DNA of 64,000 nucleotides. It comes from Puniceicoccaceae bacterium. Lineage in GTDB: Bacteria > Verrucomicrobiota > Verrucomicrobiia > Opitutales > Oceanipulchritudinaceae. Below the pieces are notes generated by a model, which was not told where the DNA came from, did not search any database, and saw only the letters and a list, made by a program, of their open reading frames with translations. The first letter of the stretch is position 1, and each line of letters starts with the position of its first letter. Below are positions 55,621 through 64,000 of the stretch, one piece after another. The stretch spans positions 1 to 64,000 of the forward strand of contig JBFOMH010000011.1 in assembly GCA_040830765.1 (NCBI GenBank). The letters are read 5' to 3'. A program made the position numbers and the translations under genes.

Positions 55621-57330
55621 TTACTCGTGCAGATGAGCACGGTAAAAGGTGTGTCCCGACCAGGATGCCCGCATGGCTTTTCCGGAAACGACCTCATCAA
55701 AGGCAACTCTTTCCGGGGTCGGTTCAGCTTCGGGGCGGAAGATACCTTTTTCTACCTGGAACAGTCGTGCTTCCTGTCCGGCCGAGGTCTCTCCGCCACC
55801 TGCGGTCACACTCCACAGTTCCCCTCTGCGAATAAATACGGAAAACCCGGGAAACCATGGACTGTGGGAGTGGTATGTCCCCACATAAGCCTGCCAGTCC
55901 TTGGGTGGGGTGAATTCAGTCGGTCCGGTGTAATGCTGGTTGGCAAGCCAGCGCGGGCCATGGGTCACATAGATCACCTGGCCTTGGTCGTCCCGTTCAA
56001 ACTTCAAGTAATAGCGGTCCAGGTCTGGATGGAGCGTGTAGAAGGTGTCACTCCATACGTGTTCCAGTTGGGCAAGCGAATCCTCCAAGCGAATCCACAG
56101 TTCATCTCCCCTTGCTTCAACCTGAATCGTTTCCCCGTCTGGCGACGTGAATGAATCCGCGTAATCGGCTGCATTATCCACCTTGGAAGGGTTCCGGTTT
56201 TCCGGGATTTCAGGTAGTGGTAAGTCACGACTGAGTGCGTTCATGACTTCAATTGCGTAACGCGCAATCCGGTAGGGCTGGCCCGGACCATTGCAAAGCA
56301 CGACGACCCCGAAACCGGTCTCCATGTCGGCCATGGCATAGGCAGTGAATCCGACCATTCCTCCGAAGTGGTGGAGGATGAACCGGCCTTCACGCCTATC
56401 CACGCCTATGCCGCAGGCATATCCCCCGCCATTCTCGTTTGGTATCCCCGGATCGATGAAGTCTTTGAATGCATTTTCAGACAGTATCCGGGTCTCACCG
56501 ACATGCCCCCGGTTGAGCAAGAGGCGGACGAAGATGGCCATGTCCTCTGCCGTTGAACTGATGCATCCATCACCCATTGCATAGGGAAAGTGGGGAGCCT
56601 CAGCCAGTTCCCGCGTCCTGTGGGCCGGGCGTTCGGCGTCAGCCTGGATGTAGCCGATGGCCTGACGGCTCCGCGTGGCATAGCTAATCCCGGGCTCAGA
56701 ATTTGTCATGCCCAGTGGTCCGATGATACGTTCATCAATGACGTCCGCCCATGGCTTGCCGGCAACGGATTCGACGAGCACGCTAAGGAGCTGGTAACCG
56801 ACATTGGAGTAATGTAGTCGAGTACCCGGTGCCCAGGCCGCCTCTTGCTCACGAATGGCAACAGCCATGTATGGTGAACTCGGCAGATCGTCCCGGTTCG
56901 CGGGAATGCCGCTGGTGTTGGTCAGCAAATGGCGGGGCGTGATCTCCGGGTATTCGGTTTTGATGGAGAACCAGGGCAGTTCCTCCGTGATAGGGGCATC
57001 CAGATCCAGCTTGCCTTCCTCCGCGAGGGCGAGCAGCGCCACCGCCGTGAATGACTTGGTGATGGAGCCGATCTGAAGGAGTGTCGTTTCCGCAAGGCGC
57101 TTACCGAGTTTGCGATCGGCAAAACCGAATGTATCCGAATAGAGAGTCTTTTCGGATGACGTTAGCGCAATGGAAATACCCGGCGTTCCTGACCAGTCCT
57201 GCGTCTGCTTCGCATAGGCCTCAACCAAATGGAAGGCCTGCGTCAATTTATCCGGTTCAACCCCTGCCAGGCCACTACCTTGGGAGAGTGGGAATAGAAA
57301 TAACAGGATTAGGCCCAGCCTGGGTTTCAT
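55621..57330 (-). CDS. Secreted beta-lactamase-family serine hydrolase/peptidase
   Basis: IGSITK (SxxK), YSN, HFGG; signal peptide. Confidence 0.85.
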   Translation of the reverse strand: MKPRLGLILLFLFPLSQGSGLAGVEPDKLTQAFHLVEAYAKQTQDWSGTPGISIALTSSEKTLYSDTFGFADRKLGKRLAETTLLQIGSITKSFTAVALLALAEEGKLDLDAPITEELPWFSIKTEYPEITPRHLLTNTSGIPANRDDLPSSPYMAVAIREQEAAWAPGTRLHYSNVGYQLLSVLVESVAGKPWADVIDERIIGPLGMTNSEPGISYATRSRQAIGYIQADAERPAHRTRELAEAPHFPYAMGDGCISSTAEDMAIFVRLLLNRGHVGETRILSENAFKDFIDPGIPNENGGGYACGIGVDRREGRFILHHFGGMVGFTAYAMADMETGFGVVVLCNGPGQPYRIARYAIEVMNALSRDLPLPEIPENRNPSKVDNAADYADSFTSPDGETIQVEARGDELWIRLEDSLAQLEHVWSDTFYTLHPDLDRYYLKFERDDQGQVIYVTHGPRWLANQHYTGPTEFTPPKDWQAYVGTYHSHSPWFPGFSVFIRRGELWSVTAGGGETSAGQEARLFQVEKGIFRPEAEPTPERVAFDEVVSGKAMRASWSGHTFYRAHLHE

Positions 57331-57423
57331 GCCATGGGATTATTCATTCCAAATTCGCTCTTGGCAATAGCGTGTGCAGAATGAGCCACTCACCCGGAGT
57401 CTTGTCATGAAGTCTCGGTCGTC

Positions 57424-58971
57424 TCAGCGGTCGCTCCTGTAGCCCGACCAATCGATACCTGCCAGTCCGGCAAGGTCCTTGTCCCAACTGGCAAGGTCCT
57501 CCTTGTTAAACTGATTGAGGTGGTCGTGACCACAGGCACGGGCCATGACCTGCATCAGTTCAACACTGGCCTCGAAGAAGTTGGCCAGGCGTCTGGCTGC
57601 GACGTCGACCTTGAGCCGCTTGCGGAGCTCGGGCTTCTGGGTGGCGATGCCGGCCGGGCAGAGGTTGGTGTTGCAGATACGCGCGCCGACACAGCCGATG
57701 GCCTGCATGGCGGAGTTGGAGACGGCGACCCCGTCAGCCCCAAGGGCCAGTGCCTTGGCAAAATCCGTGTGGGTGCGCAATCCACCCGTGATGATAAGGG
57801 TGACCCTTCCGCTGGCGCCTGTCTTGTCCAGATAATGCCGGGCCCGTGCGAGGGCGGGAATAGTAGGAACAGAAATGTGGTTGCGGAAGAGCAGGGGAGC
57901 CGCCCCGGTGCCGCCGCCCCGTCCATCAAGGATGATATAGTCGGCTCCGGCAGCTACCGCGAACTCGATGTCCCGCTCAATGTGCTGGGCACTCAATTTG
58001 AAGCCTACCGGGATCCCGCCGGAGACCTCCCGCACGCGGTCGGCAAAGTGGGAGAAGTCCTCCACCGTGCTCAAGTCGGAAAAGGTTGGCGGGGAGACCG
58101 CCGGCTGGCCCTCCGGGATGCCCCGGACCTCGGAGATGCGGCCGGTATTCTTGTTGCCGGGCAAGTGTCCCCCGGTTCCGGTCTTGGCCCCTTGGCCGCA
58201 CTTAAAATGAAAGGCCTGGACCCGCTCAAGAAGGGATTCCTCGTAGCCAAACTTGGCCGAGGCCAGCTCGTAGAAGTAACGGCTGTTGGCTGCCTGTTCA
58301 TCGGGCAACATGCCGCCTTCGCCAGAGCAAATGCCCGTCCCTGCCAGTTCGGCCCCCTTGGCCATGGACACCTTGGCCTCCTCGGAGAGAGCGCCAAAAC
58401 TCATGTCGCTGACGAACAGGGGAATCTGCAAATGTAGTGGTTTTTTCGCTTCAGGTCCGATGACGAGATCGGTTCCGACCTCGACATCCTCCATCAGCGG
58501 CTTTGTCGACAACTGGGCTACCATGAACTGGATTCCATTCCAGTCCGGCAGTTCGGAGCGGGGGACGCCCATGGCACCCATTTCCCCGTGATGGCCCAGT
58601 TTCTTGAGTCCATCCTTTGCTAGCTGGTGAATGAAGGCGACTGTCGGTTCTTCCGGAGTGGGTTCCGGTTCCGGCATGGCATCATCACCAGATGACGATT
58701 CGAGGGCGATTGCCTCCCCGATCTTGTCGTCGGGGATCCGCGCATGGGTACCATCACAAAAGGGAGCGTTGGCTGACTGCTTGCACTGGCAAAGATGGGC
58801 TTCCCCGTCTTCTTCCGCAACGAAGGGCTTCGGGCTGAATCCGGTTCCTTTGTGTGAGCCGTCGCAGAAGGGCTGGTTGGCCGACTTGCCGCAAGTGCAG
58901 AAATAGTATTCTTCACCGGCTTTGAGTTCGATTCCCACCGGCTTGTTGTTGGCAACGATTGGCTTATTCAT
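57424..58971 (-). CDS. CDGSH x2 + FMN-binding glutamate-synthase-like protein
   Basis: C.C..S...FCDGSH and FCDGTH; MSFGALS, SGEGG, QGAK.G.GG, DG..GGTGA, C.....C....CP. Confidence 0.88.
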   Translation of the reverse strand: MNKPIVANNKPVGIELKAGEEYYFCTCGKSANQPFCDGSHKGTGFSPKPFVAEEDGEAHLCQCKQSANAPFCDGTHARIPDDKIGEAIALESSSGDDAMPEPEPTPEEPTVAFIHQLAKDGLKKLGHHGEMGAMGVPRSELPDWNGIQFMVAQLSTKPLMEDVEVGTDLVIGPEAKKPLHLQIPLFVSDMSFGALSEEAKVSMAKGAELAGTGICSGEGGMLPDEQAANSRYFYELASAKFGYEESLLERVQAFHFKCGQGAKTGTGGHLPGNKNTGRISEVRGIPEGQPAVSPPTFSDLSTVEDFSHFADRVREVSGGIPVGFKLSAQHIERDIEFAVAAGADYIILDGRGGGTGAAPLLFRNHISVPTIPALARARHYLDKTGASGRVTLIITGGLRTHTDFAKALALGADGVAVSNSAMQAIGCVGARICNTNLCPAGIATQKPELRKRLKVDVAARRLANFFEASVELMQVMARACGHDHLNQFNKEDLASWDKDLAGLAGIDWSGYRSDR

Positions 58972-59001
58972 GATGGTACCCTGCGTGGATGGTTAGTGGG
59001 C

Positions 59002-59397
59002 TCAGTCTGCCTGCTTGATGGCCAGCTTGCAGAAGGCATCCCGCTCTGCCCAGAGCAGGAAGGCGGAGAGCACGGTAACAAGGACCACTACCGGGTCAAA
59101 TAACCCGCCTCCGACGAGGAAGACGTGGAAGGCGAGGATGTTGACGACGATCGGCCCGAGAACGAGAAGCCCGAGCCCCCGGGTCTTCGGCACGGCCACG
59201 AGGACGCCACCGATGATTTCCAGGACCTTGATGAAGGTCAGGAAACCGGTGGTGTAGGCAGCCCCCATGAAGGCGGCGGCCGGTGAGCCTTCCGGCAATG
59301 GCGGGATCGGAATGAATTGGAGGAAGAAGTTCAGTCCGAAGACGACGAATACAAGGCCCAGGAGGCCGCCGGCGATGAGAGAGAGTTTTTCTTTCAT
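59002..59397 (-). CDS. DoxX-family membrane protein
   Basis: GL.FV.FGLN.F, E..GG, P..VNI..FH. Confidence 0.75.
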   Translation of the reverse strand: MKEKLSLIAGGLLGLVFVVFGLNFFLQFIPIPPLPEGSPAAAFMGAAYTTGFLTFIKVLEIIGGVLVAVPKTRGLGLLVLGPIVVNILAFHVFLVGGGLFDPVVVLVTVLSAFLLWAERDAFCKLAIKQAD

Positions 59398-59428
59398 GGT
59401 TCTTTGCTTTTTTGATTATGGTTGTTGT

Positions 59429-60163
59429 TTAAGAGAGACGAAAGACGAGGAACTTGCTTTCGGCGGATGCGGTGATGTCAAATCCATCAGGAGCACCCTC
59501 GATGGCCAGTCCGTCGGCGGTTTTGAGTGTTTCCCCAAGAACATTGACTTCACCGGAGATGACTTGCACCCAGGCATGCGGCATTGTTTCTGAAGGGGAA
59601 ACGGTAATGGCTGTGCCAAAACCATCCGAATTGACTTCACCATAGTGGATTTCCGCGTCCTGGCGGATCTGCGTCGAGCCGTCGCGTCCATCCCCTGAAT
59701 AGAGCAGGGTCAGGGCATTGGGCTGGGCCAGCTCGGCCAGGGGCTTCTCCATGTAGCGGGGTTGTCCACCCTTTTCATTCGGCAGCAGCCAGATCTGGTA
59801 GAGTTCGAGCTGCTCGGTATCGGAAGGATTGAACTCGCTGTGGAGGATTCCCTTGCCGGCACTCATGTACTGCAGGTTGCCGGGCGTGAGCACGGCCCCG
59901 TTACCCAGACTGTCGCGGTGTTCCAGCTGTCCCTCGATGACATAGGTGAAGATTTCCATGTCCGAATGGGGATGGGTTGGAAATCCACCCTCCGGTTGGA
60001 CAGTGTCATTGTTCATGACCCGGAGGGAGCGGAAGCCCATGTGGTCCGGATCAACATATTCGGCAAAGGAGAAGGTGAAGCGGGCCTGCAGCCAACCATG
60101 GTCGGCGCGGCCCCGCTCCTCTGCCGGGCGCTTGTAGGTTCGTGGTGTGGTTTCTGTTTTCAT
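59429..60163 (-). CDS. Pirin-family protein (YhhW-like)
   Basis: FSFAEY.DP, HPH.DMEI.TYV, HRDSLG, MSAG.GI.HSE. Confidence 0.92.
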   Translation of the reverse strand: MKTETTPRTYKRPAEERGRADHGWLQARFTFSFAEYVDPDHMGFRSLRVMNNDTVQPEGGFPTHPHSDMEIFTYVIEGQLEHRDSLGNGAVLTPGNLQYMSAGKGILHSEFNPSDTEQLELYQIWLLPNEKGGQPRYMEKPLAELAQPNALTLLYSGDGRDGSTQIRQDAEIHYGEVNSDGFGTAITVSPSETMPHAWVQVISGEVNVLGETLKTADGLAIEGAPDGFDITASAESKFLVFRLS

Positions 60164-60218
60164 GCACCTACCATAACCCGGTTCTGGTAATTCGTCTAAT
60201 ACCTTGTTTTTTGGGTGC

Positions 60219-60235
60219 TATGCGTTTTAGTTATA
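60219..60235. promoter_or_regulatory. Putative LysR recognition box
   Basis: TATGCGTTTTAGTTATA (TAT-N11-ATA) between divergent lysR and pirin. Confidence 0.5.
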
Positions 60236-60239
60236 CCTA

Positions 60240-61139
60240 ATGGAACTTAGGCATTTACGGTACTTTGTCATGGCGGCTGAGGAAGGGAACATCAGCCGAG
60301 CCTCCGATCGCCTGAACGTATCCCAGCCAGCGGTCTCGCGTCAAATCAAGGACCTCGAGGAGGAATTGGGGGTCCAGCTGTTCAACCGCGAGCCGAACGG
60401 GATGAGCCTGACTGAGGCCGGTAGGTCGGCGCTGGCCCATGCGCGGGAGGTCTTGCGGCAGTCCAATTCGATGGTCGAGGCAATGGAAGCACTGGCCTCC
60501 CGGGGGAGGTCCCAATCCATCAAGGTGGGCTTTTTACCGACCGCACTTCCCGGCCTCCTGACCAACGCCTTGCGGACCTTCAACAACCACCACCAGGCCT
60601 ATTGTGTGCAAATCCACGAAATGTCCCCGACCCAGCAGGAGGAAGCGCTCCGCAAGGGCGACATCGACCTCGGACTCATCGGCGAGGCCTGCCCGGAGAT
60701 CAAGCGCGACTTCCATGTCGATACCATCCGCCGAACTGAAGTGGCGGTGATTGTCCCGGATAATCATCCCCTCGCAGGCCGCAAGTCCGTCGACTTGGTG
60801 GAGTTCGCCGGGGATACCTTTGTCACCTTGCACGAAGAACGCTTTCCCGGACGCAAGGAGCTAATGGCCGATATGTTCTCCAAGGCTGGTATTCAACCGG
60901 ATGTCGCAATGCGGGCCGGTGGGTTGTCTGAGCTGCTGGGCCTGGTCGGAGCCGGTTCCGGGGTTGCCCTGGCCCCGGCCGACCTCGTCAACCTGCCTCA
61001 CCCGGGTGTCGTCTTCCTGAAGCTGAAAAGGCCCCAGCGAGCAATGTTCTTCACCGCTGCCTGGCGCAAGACAGGCGATCTCACTGGTGTCGAAGCGCTA
61101 GTCCATCAAATTCGTGTCGAGGGAGGCCTTGAGGATTGA
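60240..61139 (+). CDS. LysR-family regulator
   Basis: MELRHLRYF...SQPAVSRQIKDLEEELG..LF.R. Confidence 0.95.
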   Translation: MELRHLRYFVMAAEEGNISRASDRLNVSQPAVSRQIKDLEEELGVQLFNREPNGMSLTEAGRSALAHAREVLRQSNSMVEAMEALASRGRSQSIKVGFLPTALPGLLTNALRTFNNHHQAYCVQIHEMSPTQQEEALRKGDIDLGLIGEACPEIKRDFHVDTIRRTEVAVIVPDNHPLAGRKSVDLVEFAGDTFVTLHEERFPGRKELMADMFSKAGIQPDVAMRAGGLSELLGLVGAGSGVALAPADLVNLPHPGVVFLKLKRPQRAMFFTAAWRKTGDLTGVEALVHQIRVEGGLED

Positions 61140-61263
61140 ATGACGATTTTGTAAATAATCCCGGATTAAGCTTGTTCGCATACTGTGCCTGTGGATAATT
61201 CTTCCTTGTGGAAGGGCAGCACGAGGCAGCCCGACGACTCTTCTCTCTTAACCACAAGGAAAC

Positions 61264-61734
61264 ATGAAAGTATCCATTTCCCTCCTTTCATTGGGCATCG
61301 CCTCGATGATAATCCCCAGCCTGTTGATCGCGGCTGAGAAGGATTCCGATCTCTTCGATACGATTTACGCGAGAAAGCAGCTTTGGGCCAAGTTTTACAA
61401 TGCCGATGATGCCGCCTCACTGACTGCAATGTACACGGAGGATGCAACGGTCATCGCCCCGAATTTCCCACCCGACAAGGGACATGCCGCGATCCAGGCA
61501 GGGCTGGAAGCTGAATTGGCTCTCGGCGATGGTACCATCCAATTGAAGACACTCGAAGTTCACCGGATTAACAAGAAGACCGCGTGGGAGCTAGGGTCCT
61601 ATGACCTGAAGATTGTCCTCGAGGAAGGGGAACCCATTGTCGACGTCGGCCACTATGTCATCATCTGGAAGCTCATCGATGATGAGTGGCTGCTCCATAT
61701 GGATACCTGGAATACCAGTCTGCCATTGGAATAG
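61264..61734 (+). CDS. Secreted SnoaL/NTF2-like (DUF4440/YybH-like) protein
   Basis: Signal peptide; YTEDA, G..AI, G.Y..IW, D.WN. Confidence 0.75.
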   Translation: MKVSISLLSLGIASMIIPSLLIAAEKDSDLFDTIYARKQLWAKFYNADDAASLTAMYTEDATVIAPNFPPDKGHAAIQAGLEAELALGDGTIQLKTLEVHRINKKTAWELGSYDLKIVLEEGEPIVDVGHYVIIWKLIDDEWLLHMDTWNTSLPLE

Positions 61735-61899
61735 TTTCTTCCGTTTTTCCAGTACTGGAGATTCTTGGCCAGCGTCACGCTTGGCCAACCTGAGGGTGTG
61801 CATTGGCGACATTGACATGCTGCTGCAAATATGCATCAAATTGCACTATAAGCCCAAGAAGTCATGTCTGTTCATTTTACTCCCAGCCAGTACTCTTCG

Positions 61900-63783
61900 A
61901 TGAGAGAGTGTACCCGGATTTCATCGCGTGTCGGGAAGTGCTTTTTTTCCCTGTATTTCCTGCTGGTGCATGCGATGGTTGCGCAAGGATTGCCGGTAAC
62001 GGTCATGGATCCCGGCAACGATCCCCTGGCGTTAACCGTTGAAGCGGCAGATACAATCCTCGAGCTCAAGGAAGAAATCCTCACCGCCCGTGGGTATCCG
62101 GTGGAGGAGCAGGTGCTTGTCTACGACGGGAGCCGGCTGGCTGACAGCAGTACCATTGAGGAGAATGCAATAGTGTCCGATGGCGTCCTGTACCTGACCC
62201 TTGAGACAGGGGAGGGTATGGGGATCTCCAACGTCACCCTCGGCCCGGAGACATTGGAAATTGACACAAACCGGATGACCATGGGGATCAGCCATGTTCT
62301 TGAACATTCCCCGGAGCTTACGGATCCTGCCGTGTGGAACAGCGAGGCTGAAATTGTTGCCACATCAGCGGCGGACACCCTGACCATTCCAGCGCCGGAG
62401 GAAGCCTCTGCCTTTTACCGTGTCCGTGAACGGAATCCCCGCCCGCCGGTGACCCAGTACGAGGGTTACGAATTGATTTGGCATGACGAGTTTGAAGGAC
62501 CTGATATCAATCCGGAGAACTGGGAACATCATCTTGGCGACGGGAGTCTGTATGGACTTCCTCCGGGTTGGGGAAATGCCGAGATGCAGATCTATACCGC
62601 TGAGCCGGCAAACTCGTCCATTGTTGGTGACGGTGAAGGGAATTCGGTCTTGCTCATCCAGGGGCAGCAGGATCCCATCGACGGCGGTATAACCTCGGCG
62701 AAGTTGGTCACCCAGGACCTGCAGAGTTTCCGCTACGGGCGCATTGAGGCGCGGATCCGGTTGCCGTTTAGCAAGGGAGCCTGGCCTGCCTTCTGGATGT
62801 TGGGGATCAATCAGCCAATCGTCCCCTGGCCGGGCTGTGGCGAGATTGACATCATGGAGATGCTTGGTGGCGAAGAGGACACGATACACGGAACGGTTTT
62901 TTATATTGATGCCGACCGGCAGCCAGGTGGATCCACGGATTTCGTGACGAATCCGTCCGGCCTATACAGCGATGCCTATCACATCTATCGTATCGACTGG
63001 ACACCTACTGAAATCACTTGGTCAGTTGATGGCGTACCGTACCATACAACGCTTCTGGAAGATGACATGAAGGAGTTCCAGAGGGGCTTCTATCTTATCC
63101 TGAATCTGGCAGTGGGGGGATTCTGGCCAGGCAATCCCGATAGAACTTCCGTGTTCCCGATGCGCATGTTTGTGGACTGGGTTCGCGCCTATCGGGATGT
63201 GGATCTGGTGGATCCGGGCGAGCCGGCGTTGGATGTTGAAGAGGAAACGATCGACGTGATTATTTTCGACGGCTCTGCGGCGATCAAGGAAGGCTTTGAA
63301 CCGTTCCAGAATCTGGCCACCAAGACCTGGGGCCCGGGTGCACCAGAGGGGATGCTTTCCTTCGAAGCAGTTGACGGAACTTACAGCGTGCTGGACCAAT
63401 GGAAATCAAACGGCTATGGCGGCATGTGGTGGGTGTTCACGGATCCCCTTGATGCGAACAAGGTTGTCCCTCAGGACCTCAGCGCCTATGAGGGAGGCAA
63501 TCTGGTGATGGCCCTCAAGGTGCCTGAAACTGTTGCCTTCTATTTCGAGGTGAAGCTCGAGTCTTCAGGCCCGTTCGGCAAGGTTAACCTTCTCGATTAC
63601 ACCCCGGTGCCACTCAGCGGGGGCTTTGCCGAATACACCATCCCTCTGGCCGATTTTACTTCCCAGGGATTTGACCTCACCAAGGTGACGATTCCTCTTG
63701 GACTCTGGAATCCCCAGAGTGAGCAGGGGGTTTACGTGGATGCAGAGGTCTTGATCGACAACGTCCACTGGACGCTTCCGTAA
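61900..63783 (+). CDS. Secreted ubiquitin-like domain + FYRV module + GH16 laminarinase-type catalytic domain + C-terminal CBM-like domain
   Basis: 22/76 ungapped identity to ubiquitin; LIWHDEF, WPAFWMLG, GEIDIME, NLAVGG.W; start 61864 or 61900. Confidence 0.85.
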   Translation: MRECTRISSRVGKCFFSLYFLLVHAMVAQGLPVTVMDPGNDPLALTVEAADTILELKEEILTARGYPVEEQVLVYDGSRLADSSTIEENAIVSDGVLYLTLETGEGMGISNVTLGPETLEIDTNRMTMGISHVLEHSPELTDPAVWNSEAEIVATSAADTLTIPAPEEASAFYRVRERNPRPPVTQYEGYELIWHDEFEGPDINPENWEHHLGDGSLYGLPPGWGNAEMQIYTAEPANSSIVGDGEGNSVLLIQGQQDPIDGGITSAKLVTQDLQSFRYGRIEARIRLPFSKGAWPAFWMLGINQPIVPWPGCGEIDIMEMLGGEEDTIHGTVFYIDADRQPGGSTDFVTNPSGLYSDAYHIYRIDWTPTEITWSVDGVPYHTTLLEDDMKEFQRGFYLILNLAVGGFWPGNPDRTSVFPMRMFVDWVRAYRDVDLVDPGEPALDVEEETIDVIIFDGSAAIKEGFEPFQNLATKTWGPGAPEGMLSFEAVDGTYSVLDQWKSNGYGGMWWVFTDPLDANKVVPQDLSAYEGGNLVMALKVPETVAFYFEVKLESSGPFGKVNLLDYTPVPLSGGFAEYTIPLADFTSQGFDLTKVTIPLGLWNPQSEQGVYVDAEVLIDNVHWTLP

Positions 63784-64000
63784 GTAAGGGAGGATAGCCG
63801 GTAAGGGGATTCGAGAAACTTATAAACGACTCATGACGAACAGGTTAGCGGTCTATCCTTAGGTATCATCTATTCGATTCTATCCGGAATTATAAAAAGT
63901 TATTCAAAAAACCAGCTGCTCTTATGACCTCTCTGGACAGGGGATCGGGTGTATCTAACATCCGGTGACATGGAAGGACTGGTAGAATTATTCGCTGAAA

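Noticed and set aside
55621..57330. Antibiotic-resistance beta-lactamase
   Set aside because: It has HxG instead of KTG and extra C-terminal domains, consistent with a generic serine hydrolase/peptidase.
61990..62217. Bacterial ubiquitination or defence system
   Set aside because: No C-terminal diglycine, no E1/E2/JAB neighbours, and the domain is inside a secreted enzyme.
1..64000. CRISPR arrays, tRNA/rRNA, transposases, cobalamin riboswitch
   Set aside because: None recognised by eye and the intergenic regions are short; cmscan and tRNAscan would be needed to exclude small RNAs.

Overview
A gene-dense, moderately high-GC bacterial window. It most likely comes from Verrucomicrobiota (Opitutales-like); this is inferred from the style of the TonB-receptor N-terminus and a 'LE.S..L...W...FYRV' module. 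(1) Bases 1-23.5 kb form a candidate methyl-ether-removal island. It has two paralogous single-chain desaturase-type di-iron oxygenase-Rieske-NqrF-like reductase fusions (MocDEF-like), four UroD/MtaA-fold paralogs, DUF1638 plus an ASKHA corrinoid reactivator, and AraC/PocR regulators. These are interleaved with sugar genes (galM, uxaE, an SSS transporter, a sulfatase). (2) Bases 23.5-47 kb form an ulvan/rhamnan-type degradation cluster: PL25 ulvan lyase, GH105-DUF4861, two GH78, GH106, GH5, sulfatases and a secreted VOC protein. (3) Bases 47-50.6 kb hold a LigM/DesA-like THF-dependent O-demethylase, a MetV-MetF fusion and an AraC. (4) Bases 50.7-64 kb are mixed: a secreted chelatase-like/FG-GAP protein, aqpZ, a serine hydrolase, a CDGSH-GltB/DoxX/pirin/LysR module, and a secreted ubiquitin-like-GH16 fusion. 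The main hypothesis (inference) is that oxygen-, corrinoid- and folate-dependent demethylases sit together to process O-methylated sugars from algal polysaccharides. No rRNA, tRNA, CRISPR or mobile element was seen. All family calls come from motif recognition by eye, not database searches.
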